From a virus, in the IMG/VR virus record IMGVR_UViG_3300027861_000005: a stretch of DNA of 48,453 nucleotides; one strand, written 5' to 3'. Position numbers and translations under genes: made by a program. Positions 40,214 through 48,453 of this stretch are shown here, piece by piece (the stretch's first letter is position 1; each line of letters opens with the position of its first letter). The notes beneath the pieces were generated by a model, which saw nothing but the letters and a program-made list of their open reading frames with translations, was not told where the DNA came from and ran no database searches.

Positions 40214-42267
40214 TAGAGCAATTCCCCGTTTATGTCTACCACAAGATCAATATAATCGGTATCGTTATCGTAATATCGAGCATCATAATTAACAGCCGAA
40301 ACCCCAACTGTCATATTTGAGTTTAGTTGTGTGCTTGTAACCAAAAACGCATCTTTACGATCAGAGGAATCAATAACAATTTCATACAAAGATCTTGTGT
40401 ATGCTTCTGGCTCAAGAGATAATGTAACTATAATATCAGCATCTAAAGTGACCAAATAGTCGTTATCTGCCACCTTTGTAATACCTCGCGTTACAACGCC
40501 CGAGTACACCGTTTGCACAAAGATTGTTGCCGCCCCGAGGTTGGTAAATGGTTGTGATAAGGTCAATACCAATCCATCTTTTGCTACAATTTCTCCATCG
40601 TATGTTTCAATACGTGTATTGTTAGCAACTAAAATTCGATCTTTTACAATTAGCAACGCAGCTTCTTTTGTCGCTTCAAACTCAATTGCTGTATTTTGGT
40701 ATTTCTGACGATTGAATTGCCTATGAGCATGAAAATAAGCCTGTAGTTTATTCGTGATCCCCACAGGGCCATCGGATTCTATGTTTATAGCAGATTCGTC
40801 TGAAGGTAGAATGAAATCAAACTTCGCCCCGTCTGCAATGTCAGTGTACTCGAATTTTACGCCGTCTCGCTCATTTAGATAGCCGAAGGTGACCGTTCTC
40901 GCTTCACTGTTTGGAATTTTGTTCCTGTGGTTATAAAGTGCTTTATTTAGTGTTGTTAATCCCTCAAAACGAAACTTAATTACAGGGCCGTCGCGATAAG
41001 CAACACAAAATGCTGCTCGGCAAATAGTGTTTACCATCTCCTCAAAACTTGTATCAGAATCGTCAAACGTATAATTGAATTCAGTGGCTAATGATGTACC
41101 AAAGTATGTACCGATTGTCGTCTGTAATGCCAGTAAACCAACCCCGTCAAATCCTGCAACTGTTCGCTTGCCTATCTTCGAATCTAACATAACATCAGTT
41201 AGAATGTCGCCAAATTGGGAAGCACTTCCACTATTTTGTCTCGTTGCATTACAGGTGATTTGCAATGATGGGTCCGCACCAATACTTGGGTATCCGCCTG
41301 ATGGTTGCCCAAACTCTAACTCTTCCCCGTTATTTGAAACAACGCGAAGGGTCGTAATATTGCCAAAATTATTATCTTCTAAATGTAACTTCCCATAAAG
41401 TCCGGTCAACCACATTCTTTTGTGTGTCGTTGTTGTCTCAGGGGATGTCCCTGAATTCTGTGTGCGAGAAATAGTACATTGAATTCGACCGTCCCAAGGC
41501 GCATCAACAGTTACAGTTTCATAGGTTAAGTAAGCCAATGCGTCTCTAACGTGGGCCACTTGATGGGTTGACCCAAACGGCGTTCCGTTAGCATCAACCT
41601 GTTGCAGCGTAATGTAAATTGTAACATCTCGCGACAGAAATGCCGGTGGCGTGGAAAAAGTTGAAAACAAACCATCAGCAATGACGTTGACGACAACTCC
41701 ATCAATATTCTCAAAAATAAACGGACCAATTGAGGAACTATACCCTGTTGTATAGTAACTGTCATTTGGCGCTTTTACCAAAATAGGGTCATCTATTTCT
41801 GACGATACACCTGCCGTTGATTGCACCGGACAGAAAAACGGTAAACCAACCGAACCCAAACCTGCATTCAAAGGCGATTGGTTGGGTCCGTATACATCGA
41901 AACCTGCACCCGGTGTTAGGCTTAACTCACCCCCTTTATTTTTTACATCTTGAACAGTAATATCACCACGGCCAACACAATAATAAACCACACTACTCGC
42001 ATGAGTTGTGCCGTAAACGCTGTACGGTTTCGTTAGCAAGTCAGGCACCGACAACACAGAACCGTAAATGTCAGGAATCCGTCCACCTACACGGGCTTGA
42101 TTTGTTCTATTAGCTTGTTTGTTATTTGGCGATGCAAGTAGTTGCTTACCTGCCTCATCTGTTCGCAACCGAAATGCCTCAAAGTCAATATTAACTTGTG
42201 TCGGTACGTGTTTAGGTGTCGGTAAAAAACGATTAATTATGTCTTGATCTGTGTCTCGTGAGTTCAT
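40213..42267 (-). CDS. Central tail fibre / host-specificity (gpJ-like) protein
   Basis: 684 aa, positioned after the DUF1833-like gene and before the LamG gene. Confidence 0.6.
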   Translation of the reverse strand: MNSRDTDQDIINRFLPTPKHVPTQVNIDFEAFRLRTDEAGKQLLASPNNKQANRTNQARVGGRIPDIYGSVLSVPDLLTKPYSVYGTTHASSVVYYCVGRGDITVQDVKNKGGELSLTPGAGFDVYGPNQSPLNAGLGSVGLPFFCPVQSTAGVSSEIDDPILVKAPNDSYYTTGYSSSIGPFIFENIDGVVVNVIADGLFSTFSTPPAFLSRDVTIYITLQQVDANGTPFGSTHQVAHVRDALAYLTYETVTVDAPWDGRIQCTISRTQNSGTSPETTTTHKRMWLTGLYGKLHLEDNNFGNITTLRVVSNNGEELEFGQPSGGYPSIGADPSLQITCNATRQNSGSASQFGDILTDVMLDSKIGKRTVAGFDGVGLLALQTTIGTYFGTSLATEFNYTFDDSDTSFEEMVNTICRAAFCVAYRDGPVIKFRFEGLTTLNKALYNHRNKIPNSEARTVTFGYLNERDGVKFEYTDIADGAKFDFILPSDESAINIESDGPVGITNKLQAYFHAHRQFNRQKYQNTAIEFEATKEAALLIVKDRILVANNTRIETYDGEIVAKDGLVLTLSQPFTNLGAATIFVQTVYSGVVTRGITKVADNDYLVTLDADIIVTLSLEPEAYTRSLYEIVIDSSDRKDAFLVTSTQLNSNMTVGVSAVNYDARYYDNDTDYIDLVVDINGELL

Positions 42268-44048
42268 AAAAATGACCTTAACATTGGAAATCTAGCCAAC
42301 GTGTATAATTCCCCTGTTTTTTGAGTATTAGAATAATCGGCGGCTGCTTCAAAACTAACACCTGTTTTTGTAAAAGATAATGATTTTATCTTTAATTCAA
42401 TAGGACCAACCATTGGAAAACTAAGATTGTCATGTCTGTATGTTCTGTAAATGATGATTGGTTCATCGAACAACCCGTCAGCTTCAATAATTGCATCTAA
42501 ATCATCAGGAAAACTTTCGCCCAAATCCCCGAGTTCTATTGATAAAGAGTAATCTAAATCATTGGTGCTTCCTTGTTCTACAATTTGCATTGGAAGGTAA
42601 GAGAACGCCTGATTATTGCCGTTTTCAAGAGTTACAGTAACGCCACCAGTATGATTTCTTACAAAGTAGTGTGTTGCGGCAAAGTTAGGATGAGAAATTT
42701 CAATTGTTTCAAGCTGCGCAATATTAACTGTTGAGCTTAACAAATACTGCGAATAGTCAGAATTGTCGTTTACATGGACTTCAGTCAAAGCATTAATAGT
42801 GTTAGAGTTTGCCGAAGTTCCTGCTGGGTTAACTGCCCTAACCCTATAGTAATAATTTGTGTACTGTGTTAAGCCTGTAATACTTGAAGGTGGCGAAGTT
42901 ACTGTGAGATCTTGGTAACCTGTTAAAAATGATGTAAATCCAGAATTAAGAGAAACGTCTAATCGATAAGAAGTAGTCGCTAAATCAGTTGACCAACTTG
43001 CAGAGAATGACGTTAAGGTAATACTCGATGCTGCATTTGCAATAGGCGTAACCGGTGTTGTGTACGCATTAGTTGTCAAGGTGATAACATTTGAATTTGC
43101 TGAACTAACACCACCTTCTACTGCTCGCACCCTATAGTAATAAGTAGTGTTATCGGATAAGCCCGTAGCAGTAACAGGGGATGAAGAAACTGCAAGATTT
43201 TCATAGCCTGTTACAAAACTACTAAAGTTAGATGCGGTTGAAACATCTAATTGATAACTATCATCATCAGTAGTTGTACTCCAACTAGCATCAAATGTAA
43301 GTGTTCCTATATTAGTCGCGGGATTTGCTACAGGTGTGGATGGAACAATAATTGATGCCTGTGTAGATCCACTATTTGACCCGTTGTTACCATTACCAGA
43401 CTTATCCAGTACGTCGTCATCCCCCAAAAACCATCTACCTATCAAACCACTGGTTATAGGCGATGTATTAACTACCCCTGTATTATAAATACCTTGAATC
43501 TCAGATGACGATAACACACGATCATACGCGCAGAAATCAAAAATATTTTGATCATTTTCAAAAATAGAAGTAGGAACTCCAGAAGTCTCCCCAAACCTAA
43601 TATTGGAAGATATATCGCCACTGCTAGAGTACGTTATAGACGTATCTGATTCGGCTAATGATCCATTTTGGTACAAACTCAATGCAGTGCTGCTTCTGGT
43701 AACAATTATATGCACATAATCATTTGTTATAAACCCGCCGCTTGCTGTTGTTCCATTTGATGAGGCTGAATCAAAACTACCTCCACCTGCGGTCGTTTCC
43801 CAAAGAAGAGACAAGGAGTTGTTGTTATTTAACCCTTGTTGAGACCCCGTTACAGCTACATATCTTCTAGCGGGAGAGGTCGAGCTATAAGGGTAAGTGT
43901 ATGAAAAAATATGAGACCTAGTTACATCTACACTGTTGTTAGCTACATAAACCCAAAAAGAAAGACTATGGGTTGCAGGTAAATTAATACCTGTGACAGT
44001 AACAGTGTCACTAGAATCAAAATATCTTCCGTATCCAGTCGAAGGCAT
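42264..44048 (-). CDS. Distal tail protein: N-terminal LamG domain, two FN3 repeats and a C-terminal DUF1833-like minor-tail domain
   Basis: Two ~90-aa repeats both end in YYYRVRAV. The LamG pattern is HSLSFWVY...HIIVTRSSTALSLYQNG. Positioned directly after the tape measure gene. Confidence 0.65.
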   Translation of the reverse strand: MPSTGYGRYFDSSDTVTVTGINLPATHSLSFWVYVANNSVDVTRSHIFSYTYPYSSTSPARRYVAVTGSQQGLNNNNSLSLLWETTAGGGSFDSASSNGTTASGGFITNDYVHIIVTRSSTALSLYQNGSLAESDTSITYSSSGDISSNIRFGETSGVPTSIFENDQNIFDFCAYDRVLSSSEIQGIYNTGVVNTSPITSGLIGRWFLGDDDVLDKSGNGNNGSNSGSTQASIIVPSTPVANPATNIGTLTFDASWSTTTDDDSYQLDVSTASNFSSFVTGYENLAVSSSPVTATGLSDNTTYYYRVRAVEGGVSSANSNVITLTTNAYTTPVTPIANAASSITLTSFSASWSTDLATTSYRLDVSLNSGFTSFLTGYQDLTVTSPPSSITGLTQYTNYYYRVRAVNPAGTSANSNTINALTEVHVNDNSDYSQYLLSSTVNIAQLETIEISHPNFAATHYFVRNHTGGVTVTLENGNNQAFSYLPMQIVEQGSTNDLDYSLSIELGDLGESFPDDLDAIIEADGLFDEPIIIYRTYRHDNLSFPMVGPIELKIKSLSFTKTGVSFEAAADYSNTQKTGELYTLARFPMLRSFL

Positions 44049-46861
44049 TATCGTCGCCTTTGTGATCGAAGGTTATGATTGATAGACTTCGATATAACAC
44101 TATTAGGTTGACTTAATTCTCTGGCAATCACACTTACGGCACCAGTTTGAACAGCGTCACGAGCAATGATTCGAACTTCATTAGCTGATATTTGTTGGAC
44201 TTCGTGAGTTGCATTAGCATAATTTTCAATGTTGATTGTTATGCCCACACCTGACCCGGTCGAAGAGTCCATACTTGTCCCTTGCCGCATCGCATCCAAC
44301 AAGGGGCGGTATTTGGCGGTTGCGTCCGCAGGCATGACGTATTCGCGACCGTGGACAACACCTGCCACCCTATTGACAGCTATGTTACCGGTGTAGCCTC
44401 CCGAGGCGAAGCCTTGTTGTTGAATCTCAATGGGTACGTTGCCCGGCGCATTCAGGAATCGACCACCATTACCAGCACGGGCAGATGCCCTTGCAACTTC
44501 GTTAAATTTACTGATTGTGATTCTTGCGTAATTTTCAACAGCCGTCGTAGCAAGTTCCCATCCTGCCGATTGTGATTCGCCTATTCGTCGCCCTGACATG
44601 TCTGCTGCATCGCCAATGTTAATTAACACGTCAATCGCTGTTGTTTCATACCTAACAGCAGACAAACCAGCCGCTTCGAATGAAATGCTATCAATCTCAG
44701 TGTTCATGATCTTCAATGAAGCAATAACCGCGTCAATACTTGTTTTCATTTTATCAAGATCTACGTTTTTGAGTGAGTCAATAGCTTTGGCTTTTTTCGA
44801 CAGTGTTTTGACGAAAAGATCCAATTCTTCCAAAGGCGTTTTGGTCTTTTTTGATTTCTTTCCTTCCGCCTTTGGGATTCCCAACTCACTCGCTTCGGCA
44901 AAAATCTTAGCCCTGCCAATCAACTCAACTTCTCTTTCCGGTCGCAAAGCATCGACATTGGGAATCATTGCTTTCTTAACACGTTCTTCCTCTTTAATTC
45001 GCTGGTTTGTGTTCTGCCGAGCCACTTCTAAGATTCTAGCCATTAACCCTTTGTATTCAGATTCGATTTCGTTGAACGAGTCATTGAAGAAACCTTGCAG
45101 TAAACCCGGACCTTTACCGATCTCCAAATCTTCTAAACCGAAAACTCTTTGCAATAACGGAGTTATTGCTGTAATGTCAACTCGAAGTTTTTCCAACATA
45201 TCGCTAATACCAAAGTCAATTGGTTTTTTTGGTTTTGCCAATTCGCCCAATTTATCGATAAGGTCTTCAATTACTCCGTTCACAGCATCTTTACCGAAAC
45301 CAAACGGCAACGCATTCCCTACACCTGCGAAAGCATTAACAATACCTTGTGCAGTTTTGTAAAACATTTCATTGAATTTGTTTAATGCTTTCGATGCCAA
45401 ATCCAACAAAAACTTAAACAAATCAATAAAGGTATTTTGAACAAAAACTATAACTGCCGTGATACTCTCTACAAACAAACCCCCTATTTCGTCAAGGGAC
45501 AATTCATTCAGTGTATTAATAATGGCACGACCTAACGATACAACAGAATTCAACGACTGTATCAAAAAGTCGGCAATCTTCTTTATCATTTCGAACGCAG
45601 CCTGCGCCCCTTTGGCACTAAACACCGATCCCAACAATCCTTGCCCGCTTGCCGCAGCATCTCTTATAACCTGATAAACTGCAACAAATGTATCTTGCAG
45701 CGTAACTAATCCATCTGTACTTACTTTAATCTGATCGGACCAAAACGTAAAATAGCCAATTAAAGCAGAAAGGCCCTGAGCAATCAAGTTTAACCAACCA
45801 GTGATAGAACCTAACTGAGATACAAACGATCCAATAGTTTGCACCGCCATCACAGCAACAAAAGATTTCATTAATTGAACAACTGTGGGCAGATTGTTTT
45901 TAATCCAATCAATGAAATTAATTATCTGACTAAGAAAACTACCGGCATTGGCGGACGATCCAAAAGCCTTTGTTATCTCATTAATTAATTGTGTGAACGC
46001 TTGCCCTAGCGTTCGAGGTAGTCTTGTAAAGTCACTATCTACCTGTTTTGCCAAGCTAGCAAAAGCTTTACGCAAAACTTCAACGGTAATTAAACCTTGT
46101 TCTGCCGCATCGTAGATGTTTGTAAATTTATCTCCTAAACTTTTCTGTAAAACTTCGCTAATAGCCTTTATTGCACTAGGCATCAATTCGGCAACAGAAC
46201 GAAATTCGTCACCGTCGAGCTTAGCTTTGTTGAACGCTTGACTCAACTGCAATAAGGACGACGCAGCCTCACCAGCATTTGCACCAGACAATGAAAGTAA
46301 CTTGGAAACGGTTTCCGTTATTCGAATAGACTCTTGTTGGCTTCCACCGACGTTATTGAGTGCTATATCTAAACGCCTGTATGTTTTAGCTAACTCGGAA
46401 ACAGGGACACGCGCACGATTAGCGACGTCAAATAATTGCCGTGTCACTTCGTTCAATCGTTCTTGCGATGCGGTAGCATTCCTTACACCTTTAACGTCAA
46501 CTACTTCAGATACACCTTTAAGTCTATTTTGAATGTTCTGAAAAGCGTCAAGAGAGTCAACAAAACCATCTGCCGCTGATAACAACAAAGCACCAGACAA
46601 GAGCCTGCGACCTGCGTTGCCAGCACGGGTAAACCCGCTACTCATTAACGTAATTTGCTTATTAGTTCTGCTCAAGTTTCGTTGAATTTTGGTTAACTGA
46701 CCGTTTAACCCAGTTAACCCAGTGCGAGAACCTAAACCATTTAACTGCGCTCGCAATCGCGTAACCCACGTAACGGTTGATTTTGCCTCAACCTTAATCT
46801 TACCAATTTTGGTTATGATGCTTTGTTGTATTCTATCTCTAACAACAATATCAAATGCCAT
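44048..46861 (-). CDS. Tape measure protein
   Basis: 937 aa, helical and Ala/Leu/Ser-rich, with a central hydrophobic segment. I moved the start to the ATG at 46861. Confidence 0.85.
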   Translation of the reverse strand: MAFDIVVRDRIQQSIITKIGKIKVEAKSTVTWVTRLRAQLNGLGSRTGLTGLNGQLTKIQRNLSRTNKQITLMSSGFTRAGNAGRRLLSGALLLSAADGFVDSLDAFQNIQNRLKGVSEVVDVKGVRNATASQERLNEVTRQLFDVANRARVPVSELAKTYRRLDIALNNVGGSQQESIRITETVSKLLSLSGANAGEAASSLLQLSQAFNKAKLDGDEFRSVAELMPSAIKAISEVLQKSLGDKFTNIYDAAEQGLITVEVLRKAFASLAKQVDSDFTRLPRTLGQAFTQLINEITKAFGSSANAGSFLSQIINFIDWIKNNLPTVVQLMKSFVAVMAVQTIGSFVSQLGSITGWLNLIAQGLSALIGYFTFWSDQIKVSTDGLVTLQDTFVAVYQVIRDAAASGQGLLGSVFSAKGAQAAFEMIKKIADFLIQSLNSVVSLGRAIINTLNELSLDEIGGLFVESITAVIVFVQNTFIDLFKFLLDLASKALNKFNEMFYKTAQGIVNAFAGVGNALPFGFGKDAVNGVIEDLIDKLGELAKPKKPIDFGISDMLEKLRVDITAITPLLQRVFGLEDLEIGKGPGLLQGFFNDSFNEIESEYKGLMARILEVARQNTNQRIKEEERVKKAMIPNVDALRPEREVELIGRAKIFAEASELGIPKAEGKKSKKTKTPLEELDLFVKTLSKKAKAIDSLKNVDLDKMKTSIDAVIASLKIMNTEIDSISFEAAGLSAVRYETTAIDVLINIGDAADMSGRRIGESQSAGWELATTAVENYARITISKFNEVARASARAGNGGRFLNAPGNVPIEIQQQGFASGGYTGNIAVNRVAGVVHGREYVMPADATAKYRPLLDAMRQGTSMDSSTGSGVGITINIENYANATHEVQQISANEVRIIARDAVQTGAVSVIARELSQPNSVISKSINHNLRSQRRR

Positions 46862-47291
46862 TATACAAATCCAATTTAGTTGCGTTTTGTTGTTGGATAC
46901 CTGCCAAGGTAGCCTTTTGAACAAATCCCGCAGGCGCACGCTTTGACTTACCGTTATTTAACTCGTCGATATAAGGGGCGATATTACCCACATGGATATC
47001 GATGCCTATTTGCCTGTTACTCATTGTGGCTCTCGCCTCGCGGATGACGATTGCAAGCGATGCGTATTTGGTAGAACCATCGAGCCCCGGCACCTTGGGT
47101 AAAATGTAAGAATTCGCTGGTGAATTCAAACTAACTATCCAGTTTGATAGTGCTTTACTGGTATCAACAGGGGTATTTTCGGCAGCGGTATAAAGAATGA
47201 CCTCAGCAACCTTTTGAGTTGCTTTATTGACTTCCTCATTAATGTTCGTCAGCAATTTTTCCATTGCAGCGGGTAACAACTCAAAAGTCAT
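46851..47291 (-). CDS. HK97 gp10-like tail-completion/neck protein
   Basis: ENTPVDTSKALSNW...GNIAPYIDELNNG resembles the gp10 family pattern (PVDTG.L...Y...E.G). Confidence 0.5.
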   Translation of the reverse strand: MTFELLPAAMEKLLTNINEEVNKATQKVAEVILYTAAENTPVDTSKALSNWIVSLNSPANSYILPKVPGLDGSTKYASLAIVIREARATMSNRQIGIDIHVGNIAPYIDELNNGKSKRAPAGFVQKATLAGIQQQNATKLDLYNGI

Positions 47292-47602
47292 TTCTTATCC
47301 TTAGCTTTCTTGTTTTCTCGCTTCAAGTAAAGCCGATCAAGCATCATTACATACTCGATTAAATCATTCATCAATTCATTATCGCAATTGTGAAATCGCC
47401 CATATTCCAAGATCGCTGTTACCGGTATTGGCCCCGGTCCCATTCCTGATGGTCGGCAACTAGATAGCTTCCAAAAGGAATCGAAGAAGAACTCCAAACA
47501 CACTGATAGTTGTGGCGCATTAAGAATGCGGTCAGGAATTGGCTGCCCCGACCGCTCTGCTTGTTTTCTAATCTGATCTGCGACACCGGGCTTAAATGCC
47601 AT
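47288..47602 (-). CDS. Tail assembly chaperone, T segment (also reachable as the -1 frameshift extension of 47623-48078)
   Basis: It is in the -1 frame relative to the upstream ORF, with no stop between the slippery site and its ATG. Confidence 0.7.
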   Translation of the reverse strand: MAFKPGVADQIRKQAERSGQPIPDRILNAPQLSVCLEFFFDSFWKLSSCRPSGMGPGPIPVTAILEYGRFHNCDNELMNDLIEYVMMLDRLYLKRENKKAKDKK

Positions 47603-47622
47603 CGTGTATTCAAAGAACTCTA

Positions 47623-48078
47623 TTAGTTTTTTATTTCAATATCCTTATCTTGGAAAGTTTCTAGGTCTGTGGCTTGCTCTGTAATTAATTCCAGCAAATC
47701 GGGGAATTCAATTAACATAATTTCTGCGTTCTCAGATGTGTATTCCATGTACTTCGGACGTGACGTTTCCGATCCCGGAAAACTATCTGTTTCCTCAGAC
47801 ACTCGCCAGTCTTCGACATTCTCCCAGCCAACAATAATTGTCTTAGCTATAACACGGATCATTGAAGCCTGTTGCTGATCAATCTTTGCTGCGCTGAAAT
47901 GATCAGCAGAAAAGGCTTTTCGATGGTTAGCTATCTGCTTCATGAACTCAGGAGTTTGCTGCCCCATCCTCTTAATACGAAGGCGACAAGTTGTTCCGTC
48001 TTCATTCTCACAAAGTTCTACCCATACGCCTTCCTCAATACTTTGTTTATTTGTGCCGAACGCTTTCTTCAAAGACAT
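47623..48078 (-). CDS. Tail assembly chaperone, G segment
   Basis: 151 aa, lying between the tube and tape-measure genes, with a slippery heptamer at its stop. Confidence 0.75.
   Translation of the reverse strand: MSLKKAFGTNKQSIEEGVWVELCENEDGTTCRLRIKRMGQQTPEFMKQIANHRKAFSADHFSAAKIDQQQASMIRVIAKTIIVGWENVEDWRVSEETDSFPGSETSRPKYMEYTSENAEIMLIEFPDLLELITEQATDLETFQDKDIEIKN
47626..47632 (-). promoter_or_regulatory. -1 programmed ribosomal frameshift heptamer A_AAA_AAC
   Basis: Minus strand reads GAA ATA AAA AAC TAA. The heptamer occupies the last two sense codons of the G-like ORF. Confidence 0.7.
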
Positions 48079-48101
48079 ATCTTCAAGACTCCAATGTTAT
48101 G

Positions 48102-48453
48102 CTAAGCGGGCATTGCAGCGGCAGGCAAATACGAGAAGTATGTTGCTGACATTGTATAACCGTTAGCGTTCTGTGCTGCCTGCTTTTCAAGAGGCAACAT
48201 AATAGGTTCATCTTTTTCGACGGTCACGCGCCCGCCACCCAAAGACAAGAGGGGAATGTCGTAAACGAATCCTGCATTATTGTCGGCAACAATCAAGTTG
48301 TAACCAACATCGCTGTTGGCTTTAACAGCAGAAACAGCAGCGACTGTTGCAAAGTAAACTTCAAGACTTCCGCTGACTGAAAAGTCACCAACCGAAACAG
48401 CGAACGAACCAAGCGTACCGATCGCTTTTCGCCCTGTCGCGTTATTATTAATA
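48102..48453 (-). CDS. Major tail (tube) protein, 3' part. Continues from 1-1342 across the circular junction
   Basis: The frame is open from the window end to TAG at 48102-48104 and is in phase with the ORF leaving the window at base 1. Confidence 0.7.
   Translation of the reverse strand, partial: INNNATGRKAIGTLGSFAVSVGDFSVSGSLEVYFATVAAVSAVKANSDVGYNLIVADNNAGFVYDIPLLSLGGGRVTVEKDEPIMLPLEKQAAQNANGYTMSATYFSYLPAAAMPA
48329..48453. repeat. Terminal direct repeat, copy 2
   Basis: Identical to 1-125. Confidence 0.95.

Noticed and set aside
42700-43400. The FN3 tandem repeat as a diversity-generating retroelement template/variable pair
   Set aside because: The two copies are diverged at the protein level throughout, rather than differing only at adenine-templated positions. 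No reverse transcriptase or accessory gene exists in the genome.
44598-45362. 254-aa plus-strand ORF inside the tape measure gene
   Set aside because: It is an antisense shadow ORF of a long, compositionally biased gene. The Ser/Phe/Ile-rich product has no start context.

Overview
The window is one complete tailed-phage genome. Bases 1-125 are identical to 48329-48453, so the contig closes on itself (unit length 48,328 bp), and the linearisation point cuts the major tail gene. There are two transcription arms. They diverge from an 830-bp AT-rich control region (17.34-18.17 kb) and converge at 39143-39151. The leftward arm runs 17336 -> 1, then wraps 48453 -> 39143. It encodes small Cys-rich proteins, two HNH-type nucleases, a membrane-protein cluster containing a papain-family (C1) peptidase, terS/terL, portal, scaffold, capsid, connectors, tail tube, a G/GT chaperone pair with a visible -1 slippery site, tape measure, and tail-tip proteins carrying LamG and FN3 domains. 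This is siphovirus-like, with no sheath gene. The rightward arm (18173-39151) encodes about 30 small early genes and then a replication/recombination module: VRR-NUC nuclease, a CsrA homologue, Sak4-like ATPase, DUF669-like SSB, DNA methyltransferase, Cas4/RecB-like exonuclease, SF2 helicase and a family-B DNA polymerase. An HTH regulator plus Prim-Pol/DUF3987 primase cassette sits inverted inside this arm. By eye I found no tRNA, rRNA, CRISPR array, integrase, reverse transcriptase, or classical lysozyme or amidase. The most unusual signals are:
- seven copies of a roughly 50-nt intergenic stem-loop with a conserved base and a covarying top, punctuating the early operon
- a regular array of seven palindromic sites, spaced about 45 bp apart, in the divergent control region
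- a phage CsrA together with an over-conserved TTGAAAGG translation-initiation box
- a C1 peptidase in the position where an endolysin is expected
- a frame-shifting pentanucleotide microsatellite in a lipoprotein-like signal peptide
- an 88% GC island next to three 16-bp direct repeats
All functional calls rest on motif recognition by eye and on gene order. No database search was run.
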